Origin: Pseudomonadota bacterium
GTDB lineage: Bacteria; Desulfobacterota; Desulfobulbia; Desulfobulbales; SURF-16
DNA: 64,000 nucleotides
Direction of reading: 5' to 3'
NCBI GenBank assembly: GCA_018816555.1
Contig: JAHIVT010000071.1
Span: forward strand, 898 to 64,897
In this document: in pieces, positions 17,397 to 27,124 of the stretch
Layout of the letters: each line of letters opens with the position of its first letter
Position numbering within the stretch: position 1 is the stretch's first letter
The notes under the pieces: model-generated
Database searches by the model: none
What the model was told of the DNA's origin: nothing
Seen by the model: the letters and a program-made list of their open reading frames with translations, nothing else
Program-made: the position numbers and the translations under genes

Positions 17397-19505
17397 TCAG
17401 ATTATCGGCTGGATAATGTCTCCGTAAGCCTTGATCTTACGGCGCAGGGTATCTTTGGAAATCCCAAGTTCACGGCAGGTCTGCATTGTCCTGAAATTGT
17501 TCCGGGTCAATGCCGCGATGATGGCGTGTTTTTCAATTTCCTCAAGGGTCATGGGCTCTCCGGTCTCGGGGTTAACCAGTGCCTGGTCGGTCTCCGATTT
17601 CCTCTGGAATTTCGTGGGCAGGTGCTGTGGGAAGATCAAACCCTTGCTGCAAAGGATAAAAGAGTATTCGATGATATTTTCCAGTTCACGGACATTGCCT
17701 GGATAATCATAGCGCATGAGGATTTCCAAAGCCTCTTCGGAAAGACCCTCCACTTCCTTGCCGCGCTGCCGGTTGAATTTCCTGATGAAATGTTCGGACA
17801 GCAGGGGCAGATCCTCCATCCGGTCCCGCATCGGCGGCACCTGGATTTTGACGATATTGAGCTGACGATAAAAATCCTCCCGGAATTCATTGTCTTCAAC
17901 CAGCTCTTCAAGATTCTTGCTGGTGGCGGCGATGATGCGCGCATCAGTGCTGACCGGCGTTTCCGCTCCAAGGGGCTCATAGGTCTTGCTCTGCAGAACC
18001 TGGAGAAGCTTGGCCTGCATGGTGGGCGAGATATCGCCCACCTCGTCAAGAAAAAGCGTTCCCTTTTCAGCGGTGGCAAAATAACCCTTCTTGTCCTGTT
18101 GTTCGTCGTTGAAAGCCCCTGCCCTGTAACCGAAAAGCTCAGCCTCCAGCAGCTTTTCCGGCAGGGCGCCGCTGTTGACTGCCACAAAGAGCATCATATT
18201 TCTGTTGCTCTGCTTGTGGATGGCTCTGGCGATCAACTCCTTGCCGGTTCCGCTCTCGCCGACGATCAGGATATTGCTGTCGCTTCGGGCGAATTCGGGA
18301 AGGAGCGCCAGGATATTCTGCATCAGGGGGCTGTTACTGAGAATACCGGTCTGTTCCCTTTCCGCCGCCAGATACCTGCGCAGACTGTGAATTTCCGTGA
18401 GGTCCCTGAAAGTCTCCACCGCGCCGATGATTTTACCGAACTCGTCAACAAGAGCGGTGGCGCTGATGCTCACGGCAATCTCCTTGGCATTCTTGCCATG
18501 GATGATGATGTCGAACACATCGACCTTTGACTGGGACTTCATCGCCTTGGCCAGAGGACAGTTTCCCTCGCACACGCTGCCGTCAAAGACGTCCCTGCAC
18601 CTTTTGCCGAGAACCTCTTCGCTCCTGTATCCCGTGATGATTTCCGCGGCCTTATTGAAAGAGGTTATCTTAAAGGCATGGTCTACCGTGAAAACGCCAT
18701 CCCCCACACTGTCCAGAATATATTGTCTCTGAATCGCCCCGGTGTTGTCGCGAAAACTCTCGACCCCGCCGATAATTTTGCCGGTGGCGTCCAGCAGGGG
18801 AGCAGCCCTGACACTTACGGGCAGGACACGGTGGTCCGCTGTTTCGATATAAAAACACTCCTCCACGTGAGGCTTACCGGTATTGATCGCCTTGGCAAGT
18901 GACATTTTGTCCACGGCAATATTGGCTCCTTCCTGCCGGAGAACATCGGCAAAGAATTTGCCGAGCACCTGCTCCTGCTTGAAACCCGTTATCAGCTCTG
19001 CGGCCCTGTTGAACAGGGTGATCTTGAAATCCATGTCCACGGTCAAGACACCGTCAAAAACACTGTCCAGAATCAGCTGACGATGGAATATCTCCGTAAT
19101 TTCCTGAAAAGACTGCACGCCTCCAACAATGTCACCACTGTTGTCCACTAATGGCGAGGCGCTGACCAGTACCGGCACCAACCTGTCTTCCACCTTCAGG
19201 TGGCGGGTCAATTTAAGAAGCGGCTGTCCTTTTTCCAGAACATGACCGACGATGCAGAATTCCTCACGTAAAGTTGAAGCAAAAAGATCCCGGCAGGTTT
19301 TGCCCAGGGCTTCGTCTTCACTGATACCGGTGATGCTTTGGGCGGATTTGTTGAAAGAGGTAATTTTGAGAGCAGGGTCAACGGTAAACACCCCTTCCGT
19401 AAGATTATCGAGAATAAGCTTACGTTGGATGGCATCGCTGAAGATGGCTGAGGACAGGCGCTGTAATGTGCTGATGACATTCGAGAGTTTGTCGTCTTGA
19501 ATCAT
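17397..19505 (-). CDS. bacterial enhancer-binding-protein-type AAA+ regulator with three tandem PAS domains and C-terminal Fis-type HTH
   Basis: Walker A GESGTGKE; GTLFLDEVGD; RELENIIE. C-terminal HTH TMQTCRELGISKDTLRRKIKAYG. Three paralogous PAS units (ILDNLTEGVFTVD.., ILDSVFDGVLTVD.., ILDSVGDGVFTVD..). ATG 19505 follows GGGGG; the track's TTG 19547 is less likely. Confidence 0.85.
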   Translation of the reverse strand: MIQDDKLSNVISTLQRLSSAIFSDAIQRKLILDNLTEGVFTVDPALKITSFNKSAQSITGISEDEALGKTCRDLFASTLREEFCIVGHVLEKGQPLLKLTRHLKVEDRLVPVLVSASPLVDNSGDIVGGVQSFQEITEIFHRQLILDSVFDGVLTVDMDFKITLFNRAAELITGFKQEQVLGKFFADVLRQEGANIAVDKMSLAKAINTGKPHVEECFYIETADHRVLPVSVRAAPLLDATGKIIGGVESFRDNTGAIQRQYILDSVGDGVFTVDHAFKITSFNKAAEIITGYRSEEVLGKRCRDVFDGSVCEGNCPLAKAMKSQSKVDVFDIIIHGKNAKEIAVSISATALVDEFGKIIGAVETFRDLTEIHSLRRYLAAEREQTGILSNSPLMQNILALLPEFARSDSNILIVGESGTGKELIARAIHKQSNRNMMLFVAVNSGALPEKLLEAELFGYRAGAFNDEQQDKKGYFATAEKGTLFLDEVGDISPTMQAKLLQVLQSKTYEPLGAETPVSTDARIIAATSKNLEELVEDNEFREDFYRQLNIVKIQVPPMRDRMEDLPLLSEHFIRKFNRQRGKEVEGLSEEALEILMRYDYPGNVRELENIIEYSFILCSKGLIFPQHLPTKFQRKSETDQALVNPETGEPMTLEEIEKHAIIAALTRNNFRTMQTCRELGISKDTLRRKIKAYGDIIQPII

Positions 19506-20256
19506 CTTGTCAGGACCCCCGCTTGCTATGTGATATTGCCACCGCAATATCTATTTAAAAAAAAAGTGCGTGATTTATGGGAAATAAAGCATTTTTTCAT
19601 AAATTTTGCAAGTTGCTTCTCTGAGGTAAAATGTCGCCCATGACATACAATTGGAGCAGATGACGGTGATTAGTCGTTTGCATGAGGTAATCCCGGCACT
19701 ATCATTGTCATCCTCTTTACTAAAGAGCCTCTTGATTATTTCAAGAACACCCGCAAAAAAATTGAGGAAGGCATCGTATCCATGATGCGAAGAGGAGCGG
19801 TATAGACTATATTATGGTGATGCTGCCATGGCCGAGGGTACCTGGGGCAGGCACGGCAAACAATGATCGCATTTTCAACAAAATGCACGGGAGTAACCCA
19901 TGGGTAACTGAAAACAGAATCAGCCGTTATCTCCGGGCGGGATAAAAAATATTTGGCAGGCGGTAAAACCGATTATAATCGGCATTGTCGGGTTATGCTT
20001 TCTGGCATGGCTGGTAAGTTTCCTCTAAACAACCCTGATTACAGTAATTCCCGGAGGGACAAAAAAGGAATTTTGCCGTCTCTTCATGAACCAGGCAATC
20101 AGAGACTATCAGATGTTCACACCAGCACGGATCAACAGATTTTTTTAAAGAGTCAGATGACGTTTACAGGGAAAATGATCGATTGACACTGTTTGCCGGT
20201 CAAACGGATTTGCTCTGCAGATTCGCCCAAACCACAATGACACAAAAGGAATCCCC

Positions 20257-21186
20257 ATGCTCATATATATGAAACACCAGGCTGGCCGCTTTGAAAACGT
20301 CGATACTCTTGAGGGATGCCAGATAGTGAGAGTTGTTGCCCCCACACAGCAGGAAATTTCCCTCCTCCAGGACACGCTCCACATCCCGGCGGATTTCCTT
20401 ATGGCAGCCATGGACCGTGACGAACGTCCCCGCATTGAGATTGATGATCCATACCGCCTGGTAATCCTTCGCATCCCCCACCAGGATGACTCATCCGATA
20501 CACCCTACGTCACCCTTGCCCTGGCAATCATACTGACTCCCACCCACATCATAACCGTATGTTCGCAAGAATCCATATTATGGCGTGACCTGCTCACCGC
20601 TCGCCATCGCCTCCCGCCCCCTGAAGACCGCGTGTCCTTTCTCTGCGCCATTTTCCTTCAGGTAGCGCGGCAGTACCTCATTCTGCTTCGGCAGATTCGT
20701 GACCAGGCAGACGCCGCGGAAACAGCCATTCACGGCTCAATGAAAAACGAAATGCTGATTCGCATGCTCAATCTGGAGAAATGCCTCGTCTTCTTCACCA
20801 CCTCACTTCGGGCCAACGAGCCGCTATGGGACCGCTTCAGACGAATTCACGGCCGTGACTTGACTGATGACGAAAAGGATCTGATTGATGATATTAAAAT
20901 TGAATTCCGCCAAGCCCAGGAACTGGCTGACATCTACAGCAATATCCTGAGCGGGATGATGGATGCTTTTGCCTCGGTTATAGCAAACAATCTCAATGTG
21001 GTATTGAAGCTGCTGACGTCAATTACCATCATACTGATGTTGCCGACCCTCATTGCCAGCATCTATGGGATGAACGTTGAACTGCCATTGCAGCACTCGC
21101 CCCATGCTTTCCTGATTCCGATGGTACTCTCGGTTGTTCTCTCCGGCATCGCGATCACTGTATTCTTCTTCAAGAAATGGTTTTGA
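20257..21186 (+). CDS. corA: CorA-family divalent-cation (Mg2+/Co2+) transporter
   Basis: YGMNV signature (ASIYGMNVELP) before the last TM helix. Two C-terminal TM helices. AAGGA RBS before ATG 20257. Confidence 0.85.
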   Translation: MLIYMKHQAGRFENVDTLEGCQIVRVVAPTQQEISLLQDTLHIPADFLMAAMDRDERPRIEIDDPYRLVILRIPHQDDSSDTPYVTLALAIILTPTHIITVCSQESILWRDLLTARHRLPPPEDRVSFLCAIFLQVARQYLILLRQIRDQADAAETAIHGSMKNEMLIRMLNLEKCLVFFTTSLRANEPLWDRFRRIHGRDLTDDEKDLIDDIKIEFRQAQELADIYSNILSGMMDAFASVIANNLNVVLKLLTSITIILMLPTLIASIYGMNVELPLQHSPHAFLIPMVLSVVLSGIAITVFFFKKWF

Positions 21187-21492
21187 CGCAAGCTCAATGA
21201 ATTGTCGGCAACAAGGCGGAACCACCCGGGAAAATTATGCCCTTTCACTTTGCGCTGCGATGACTTCCGGCTGATATTCATGCCGCCCCTGAAAATAAAA
21301 CTAAAAAAAATTACCATTTCATTGTATTTTCATCGGGAATATACGTTAAAATTGTTTTACTTCAATCAAAGGATTGCCGTGGGAAAAACAAACATTTCCC
21401 TTCACGCGCAGAAACATTTTTCCCCTGTGATCTTTCACATCATATCCATCCCTGATCATGTCTCATTGATACAAGCATAAGGAGTGATACCC

Positions 21493-22284
21493 ATGCCAGA
21501 ACAATTCAGAGACAAAGCTTTACCGTTAAACCAAGAAGGCGTTGCCGAGGTTGTCGAGCGCCTGCAGGTCACGGTTGCAGAGTTGTGGGCCGTACTCAAT
21601 GTGGAGACGCGAGGCTGCGGCTTTCTGGCCGACCGACGCCCGATGATTCTGTTTGAACGCCATATTTTCAGCCGCGAAACCGACCATCAATTTGATATTT
21701 CCCATCCGGACATCAGCAACCGGAAGTCCGGTGGCTACGGAGCCGGTGGCGGCGCCCAGTATGAACGCCTTTACCGCGCTCTGGCACTGGACCGTAAAGC
21801 CGCCCTGCGCAGCACCTCATGGGGTATCGGACAGCTCATGGGGTTTAATGCGGAAATTTCCGGGTACGCGGGAGTGGAAGAAATGGTGACAGCCATGACA
21901 ATCTCCGAAAATCATCAACTACTCGGCATGGCGGGCGAGATCACCAGCAACAGGCTTGACCGTGCCCTGCGCGCCCATGACTGGGCCGCCTTTGCCCGTG
22001 GATACAACGGCCCCGAATATGCCAAAAACAGCTATGATACACGGCTTGCCGCCGCCTACCAGAAGTACACCCTGGGACCGCTGCCGGATCTGGTTGTCCG
22101 TGCCACCCAGATCTACCTCATGTATCTGGGCTATCATCCCGGTTCCGTTGATGGCGTATCAGGCCGCTTTACCCGCTCAGCCTTGAACGAATTTCAGGAA
22201 CAGCAAGGTCTGCCGGTCACCACTGAGATCAATGAAGATCAACTTGCGATACTGCAGCTGGAAGTTGAAAAACTTTCCGCCTGA
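21493..22284 (+). CDS. endolysin-like N-acetylmuramidase (recalled as DUF3380-type) with C-terminal PG_binding_1 domain
   Basis: Motifs LWAVLNVETRGCGFL...ILFERHIF...SWGIGQLMGFN. C-terminal YLMYLGYHPGSVDGVSGRFTRSALNEFQEQQGL. TAAGGAG RBS before ATG 21493. Confidence 0.75.
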   Translation: MPEQFRDKALPLNQEGVAEVVERLQVTVAELWAVLNVETRGCGFLADRRPMILFERHIFSRETDHQFDISHPDISNRKSGGYGAGGGAQYERLYRALALDRKAALRSTSWGIGQLMGFNAEISGYAGVEEMVTAMTISENHQLLGMAGEITSNRLDRALRAHDWAAFARGYNGPEYAKNSYDTRLAAAYQKYTLGPLPDLVVRATQIYLMYLGYHPGSVDGVSGRFTRSALNEFQEQQGLPVTTEINEDQLAILQLEVEKLSA

Positions 22285-22305
22285 CAGCTCCACCCATGAA
22301 AAATC

Positions 22306-22330
22306 CCGGCCGGCACCTTCCGCCGGCCGG
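22306..22330 (+). terminator. GC-rich hairpin after muramidase gene
   Basis: CCGGCCGGC-accttcc-GCCGGCCGG followed by TTCGG (weak U-tract). Confidence 0.55.
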
Positions 22331-22614
22331 TTCGGCCTACCACAAAAGCAACACATCCCATCGACAGGCCCCGAAGACACAAACAACACGCTATAAAAAG
22401 CTGCAGATTTACCGAGAAATTTCTGCTAAATTATTATCAGGGGTAGAGGATCTATCACTCTATTCGTTTGCCGGAACTCTTCGCACCCATCATGCGAGAA
22501 GCTGGTCAACGGTTAGCGGCAGGCACACCAACAAAAATAAAGGCGCAAATCATGTTTTCTGATGACAACAACTCCTGCAACCTGCTCTTGTTTCCTCTAA
22601 TACGGATGAGCTGA

Positions 22615-23844
22615 ATGTCGCTGAAAAACAGCAATAAGCCGGGTATCAGTATCGGCTGGTGTCTCAATATCGGCCTGGGAGTTATTTTTACGCTGGTGGC
22701 GTTTTTTCTCGTTTATAATGTCAGAATTTCCATGCGGGAGCAGGCCATGTTTGAGGCAGCTGACAAGGCAAAGCTCATTCTTGACCGCAACCTGTCGATT
22801 CACAGGTATTTTTCAGACAATCTCAAGCCAGAGGTTTTCGAACTGACGGAAACCTGCCGGCCTCAAGATTATTTTGAACCAAGCTGGATGTCTTCAACCT
22901 TTGCCGTCCGGAAAATCGACAAATACTCGCAAGAGCTGAGCGGTGAAAAATACTATTACAAAGAGTGCGCCATAAATGCCCGCAGCCCGCACAACGAGGC
23001 TGATGAAATTGAAAAATCATTTCTGCTTGAACTCAACAACAACCCGCAGCTCAATATCCGTTCCTTTGTCCGGGAGATAGATGGAGAAAATTTTTATGTG
23101 ACCATGCGTCGGGGCGAGGCCATGGAAGAATCCTGCATGCGCTGCCACAATACGCCTGAGCAAGCCCCCCAAGGCCTGGTGCAGGCTTATGGCCATGAGA
23201 GAAGTTTCGGCCGTAACGTCGGCGAGATTGTTTCGGCAATTTCAATCAGAGTGCCTCTCTCTTCCGCCTTTGCCAATGCCGATCGTTTTTCACAAGGTCT
23301 TTCCCTGATACTTTTAGTCTTCCTGATAGGCCTTTTTATCGCTCAGTTTTTTATCTACCGGCTATTTGTCGGTAAACCCCTGGGAAGACTTCGCGACAAG
23401 GCCCTGCAGATCAATAACAGCGACGAACACCTCGGCGAAGAAATTCCCCTGCCCTATGCCAGAGAATTGAATATCCTCGCCCAATCCTTCAATAAAATGT
23501 CCATAAAGTTACGCCGCAACATGGATAACCTGGAACATCAGGTGCAGGAGAGGACTTCAGAGCTCATGGAGTCCAACCAACAGCTGCACAATGAAATCCA
23601 CGAGCGTGTACAGGCTGAAAAAGAAAAAGAGAAACTCATTGAACAACTGCACCAGGCTCTGGCCGAAATCAAAACCCTGCACGGCATTATTCCCATCTGT
23701 TCATTCTGCAAAAAAATCCGTGATGACAAAGGGTACTGGAGCCAGGTCGAGGCCTATGTGCAAAAGCATACCCAGGCAGAATTCAGCCATGCCGTCTGCC
23801 CTGTATGTCTGAAAGAACATTATCCGGAACTCATGGACGATTAA
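22615..23844 (+). CDS. membrane sensor: heme-c domain (CXXCH; recalled as DUF3365/Tll0287-like) - TM - HAMP - coiled coil - C-terminal Cys/His module
   Basis: CMRCHNTPEQAP heme motif with GEIVSAISIRVPLS. HAMP-like segment PLGRLRDKAL...LAQSFNKMS. C-terminal IIPICSFCKKIRDDKGYWSQVEAYVQKHTQAEFSHAVCPVCL. Confidence 0.75.
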   Translation: MSLKNSNKPGISIGWCLNIGLGVIFTLVAFFLVYNVRISMREQAMFEAADKAKLILDRNLSIHRYFSDNLKPEVFELTETCRPQDYFEPSWMSSTFAVRKIDKYSQELSGEKYYYKECAINARSPHNEADEIEKSFLLELNNNPQLNIRSFVREIDGENFYVTMRRGEAMEESCMRCHNTPEQAPQGLVQAYGHERSFGRNVGEIVSAISIRVPLSSAFANADRFSQGLSLILLVFLIGLFIAQFFIYRLFVGKPLGRLRDKALQINNSDEHLGEEIPLPYARELNILAQSFNKMSIKLRRNMDNLEHQVQERTSELMESNQQLHNEIHERVQAEKEKEKLIEQLHQALAEIKTLHGIIPICSFCKKIRDDKGYWSQVEAYVQKHTQAEFSHAVCPVCLKEHYPELMDD

Positions 23845-23959
23845 TACTTGAAAATTATCGACTAGAGCATTATTTACTAATTCCCCCTGCGGGTCGGCAG
23901 CGCCGCGAGGCTTTGTTGAAAATTAACAGATCGAAACCAGAAAAAAGAAAGGAAAAAAA

Positions 23960-24544
23960 ATGGGAAAAAAATCCTTAGTCCTCATATTCACCATGCTCAT
24001 CACCCTGGTCTGTTGTGCCGGCTGCGGAGGCGATTTACAGACCAATAATACCAGCCAGGATAAAAAATCAGAATCCGGGTCCGGCAAGGCCCATGCGGCA
24101 GTAAAAAAAATCATTGAACCTGGACAGCTTATCAGCAAAACGGAGGCAGAGTCCTTTACCGGTGAAAAACTTCATGACGGTCTTTACGATGAAAAACCGA
24201 CGGTGGGCATGAAAAAATGCTTCTACGGGGCCACCAACCCCGATTCCGCCAATTTTTTCCAAATCAGTATCCAGCAGACTCTGTTCATGCCACAGAATGC
24301 CCTGGAATCCGGCCAGACCCCGAAAACCATCTTTGACAATACCAAGAAAATTCTTTCCGATGGCCGCATTGATCTCAATGGACTCGGCGATGAGGCCTTC
24401 ATCGGCACAATCGCCCTGCATATCCTGAAAGGCGACTTTTATATCACAATTCGATTAGGTAATCCCAACGGCAAAGAGAACAAAAAAGAACTTGAAGCAG
24501 CCGGCAGAAAGGCTCTGGAGAACCTGGACTCTCTGCTGATATAA
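23960..24544 (+). CDS. probable lipoprotein, unknown function
   Basis: Signal peptide LVLIFTMLITLVCCAGCGG. RBS GAAAGGAAAAAAAATG. Confidence 0.5.
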   Translation: MGKKSLVLIFTMLITLVCCAGCGGDLQTNNTSQDKKSESGSGKAHAAVKKIIEPGQLISKTEAESFTGEKLHDGLYDEKPTVGMKKCFYGATNPDSANFFQISIQQTLFMPQNALESGQTPKTIFDNTKKILSDGRIDLNGLGDEAFIGTIALHILKGDFYITIRLGNPNGKENKKELEAAGRKALENLDSLLI

Positions 24545-24741
24545 TCCACGCTGTTTCTTGTCCATATCCGGCAACCCGGGACGTCTTGAGAACTGAAATT
24601 CTGGAATGCGCCACATTCGCCTGCCACGAATGAGCCATGATAAACGATTCAGCTCCATCAGCCGTTCCCCTGCCCCCAATGCATCACCTGCAACAAACCT
24701 TTATCCCGGTCAGCGCAAGCTGCCTCACAAGGAGTATTGCC

Positions 24742-25074
24742 ATGTCAGAATCTAACATACCAAGCAGACACTATCAGGAACTTGCCAGTCTGTTCCCCGA
24801 GGCCATGGCCGCCCTGGAAAACCTCGGCTCAACACTCCGCAGTTCAGGCCCCCTCGATGAAAAGACATCACATCTGGTCCAGCTTGCCGGAGCTGCCGCA
24901 GCCCAATCAGAAGGTTCCGTTCATTCCCATACCCGTAGAGCACTGGAGGCAGGGGCCACCCGGGAGGAGATTTATCATTCCCTGCTGCTGCTTGTTTCAA
25001 CCATCGGCTTCCCCAAAGTCACGGCCGCTTTTTCGTGGAGCAAGGATGTGCTGGACAAACAGAACAAGGGATAG
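24742..25074 (+). CDS. carboxymuconolactone decarboxylase/AhpD-like family protein (no CxxC)
   Basis: AAGGAG RBS before ATG 24742. Motif LDEKTSHLVQLAGAAAAQSEGSVHSHTRRALEAGATREEI. The usual Cys pair is replaced (G-S-V-H-S-H). Confidence 0.65.
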   Translation: MSESNIPSRHYQELASLFPEAMAALENLGSTLRSSGPLDEKTSHLVQLAGAAAAQSEGSVHSHTRRALEAGATREEIYHSLLLLVSTIGFPKVTAAFSWSKDVLDKQNKG

Positions 25075-25415
25075 GCGCTGAGGTGCAAATTTGCTGATCA
25101 ACGATTGCGTCTTCTCACGTTGCAGGCAGCCCCCTTCATCACCGCATCGTTCTTTATCCGCCTCTCCTGCCGCAGCTAAACAGTTAAAACAGCTAACGAT
25201 ATTGATTAAAAGTAAATGTTTTTATGATTTGAAAATCAAAAAAAATCATATACAACAGATGGCGTAGCAAAGTATCTTCAGATTATGTCGTAACAGCAAA
25301 GGACAGCATACGCGGATATTCGCAGCGGCAATAGGAATCCATCTGCAGCACAGGCAGCGTGCCACAATTCCTGCGGATGGCTGTAAATGAAAACTAATGA
25401 CAATGGGGTGATTCA

Positions 25416-25817
25416 ATGAGCATGATGCAGGAATTCAAGACTTTTGCCATGCGAGGCAATGTCGTCGACTTGGCAGTTGGTATCATTATAGGTGGCGCCT
25501 TCGGAAAAATCGTTTCCTCTTTTGTTGCCGATGTTATCATGCCGCCCATCGGATTTATCGTCGGCGGCGTTAATTTTACCAACCTGGCAATAATAATAAA
25601 AGACGCTGTCGGTGACGCACCGGCCGTCACCTTGAATTATGGAAAATTTATCCAGTCGATTGTGGATTTTGTTATTATTGCCTTTGCCATATTCGTGGCT
25701 GTTAAGGTAATGAATTCCATGAAAAAAAAGGAAGAGCAAGCACCGGCATCGCCTCCCCCGCCGTCAAAGGAGGAAGTTCTTCTGGCAGAAATCAGAGACC
25801 TGCTCAAACAGAAATAG
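25416..25817 (+). CDS. mscL: large-conductance mechanosensitive channel
   Basis: N-terminus [40 protein letters not shown] is near-canonical MscL. Confidence 0.95.
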   Translation: MSMMQEFKTFAMRGNVVDLAVGIIIGGAFGKIVSSFVADVIMPPIGFIVGGVNFTNLAIIIKDAVGDAPAVTLNYGKFIQSIVDFVIIAFAIFVAVKVMNSMKKKEEQAPASPPPPSKEEVLLAEIRDLLKQK

Positions 25818-25961
25818 AAAATAGCCCCGTAGCACCTAGAGGCCCTTGGGGATGCTGCTTTCTGGTCTCCACTTTCCGTTGCCATAGAGACAGGCAGCAG
25901 ATGCAGGCGATTATTCTGTGCGGGAACATTTTTGAGCCAGCAGAGCTATCAGAGGAGAAAC

Positions 25962-26552
25962 ATGGTTGAGGACACAGATTTACCGGCAGTGAAACAACAG
26001 CTCAAGGAACTCATTCAACAACGCGCCTATAAAAAAAACAGCGTCTTCAAAACGCCCTCCGGGGTGGTGAGCACCTTTTTTGATTTCCTTGAAGTTTCCC
26101 TCAAGCACAAAGGAATACAGCTGGCCGGCGAAGTTGTATACAATGAGATCAAGGATCTTGACATCCATGCTGTCGGCGGCCCGTCCCACGGGATCGTATC
26201 CATCCTGTGCAGGGCTGCTTTTCTCAAGGAAATCGGTGTATTCTACATCCGTGACAGTATCAAGAAGGAGGGAAACATCCATGCCCCGAAATGGATAGAA
26301 TCACGCATCAAGGGCGGCGACCGGGTGGCCATTGTGGGGGATGTGGTATCCTCCGGCAGCCAGATTAACCGCGCTGTGCAACAGGTCATGCAGCTCGGAG
26401 GCGAGATCAAAAAAATCGTTATTATCATCGACACACAGGAGGGTGACGGAATCGAAAAAATTCAGCAGTTCCTGCGTACCAACATGCTGGATGTGCCGGT
26501 CAAGGTCATCTTCACCCGGGATGACCTGACCACTGAGTCGCCTTCCCTGTAA
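25962..26552 (+). CDS. type I phosphoribosyltransferase family protein (PyrE-like)
   Basis: PRPP-binding loop DRVAIVGDVVSSGSQ. AGAGGAG RBS before ATG 25962. Confidence 0.6.
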   Translation: MVEDTDLPAVKQQLKELIQQRAYKKNSVFKTPSGVVSTFFDFLEVSLKHKGIQLAGEVVYNEIKDLDIHAVGGPSHGIVSILCRAAFLKEIGVFYIRDSIKKEGNIHAPKWIESRIKGGDRVAIVGDVVSSGSQINRAVQQVMQLGGEIKKIVIIIDTQEGDGIEKIQQFLRTNMLDVPVKVIFTRDDLTTESPSL

Positions 26553-26708
26553 GGGGTTCAGCAATTTGAAGTACTTAAAGCAAATGGTATCAGAAAATTA
26601 TTGAAATCAGCGTCAGAAAGGGTACAGTTCCTGAATTTTCCGGCCCATACGGCAGCGGTATTGCTGGGCAAAGGACGCCTGTCCGGAGATTTTTTCCCAA
26701 TCAATTTT

Positions 26709-27122
26709 ATGCTCGAATTTTTCCAACTCCATGAGGCGGCTATCCTGTGGCTGACCGGATTGTCGGTTATCACCTTTATCGGCACCTTGATCATCGTTCC
26801 CCTTCTGGTCGTCCGGATTCCAGCCGACTACTTCGCCAACGACAAACGCCACCCCACCCCTTGGGCGCTTCACCATCCGTTTGTCCGAGGGACATTACTC
26901 TTTTCCAAGAACCTTGCCGGATATGTCTTAATACTTGCAGGTATTCTCATGCTGCTCCTCCCCGGCCAGGGCCTGCTGACCATACTCATTGGCGTCATGC
27001 TGCTTGATTTTCCGGGCAAGTTCCGGTTGCAAAAATGGCTGGTGACTCGTAGAGCCGTTTTGAAATCCATCAACTGGCTTCGTAAACGCGCAAATCGCAC
27101 TCCCCTTAATCTTGATTTTTAA
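26709..27122 (+). CDS. PGPGW-type small membrane protein
   Basis: Motif LLLPGQGLLTILIGVMLLDFPGK; three TM helices. First ATG of the track ORF is at 26709. Confidence 0.55.
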   Translation: MLEFFQLHEAAILWLTGLSVITFIGTLIIVPLLVVRIPADYFANDKRHPTPWALHHPFVRGTLLFSKNLAGYVLILAGILMLLLPGQGLLTILIGVMLLDFPGKFRLQKWLVTRRAVLKSINWLRKRANRTPLNLDF

Positions 27123-27124
27123 AA

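Noticed and set aside
25225-25238. Palindrome TGATTTGAAAATCA upstream of mscL, vaguely Fur-box-like.
   Set aside because: It is a poor match to the GATAATGATAATCATTATC consensus, and it is a single AT-rich site in an AT-rich spacer. No functional claim can be supported.
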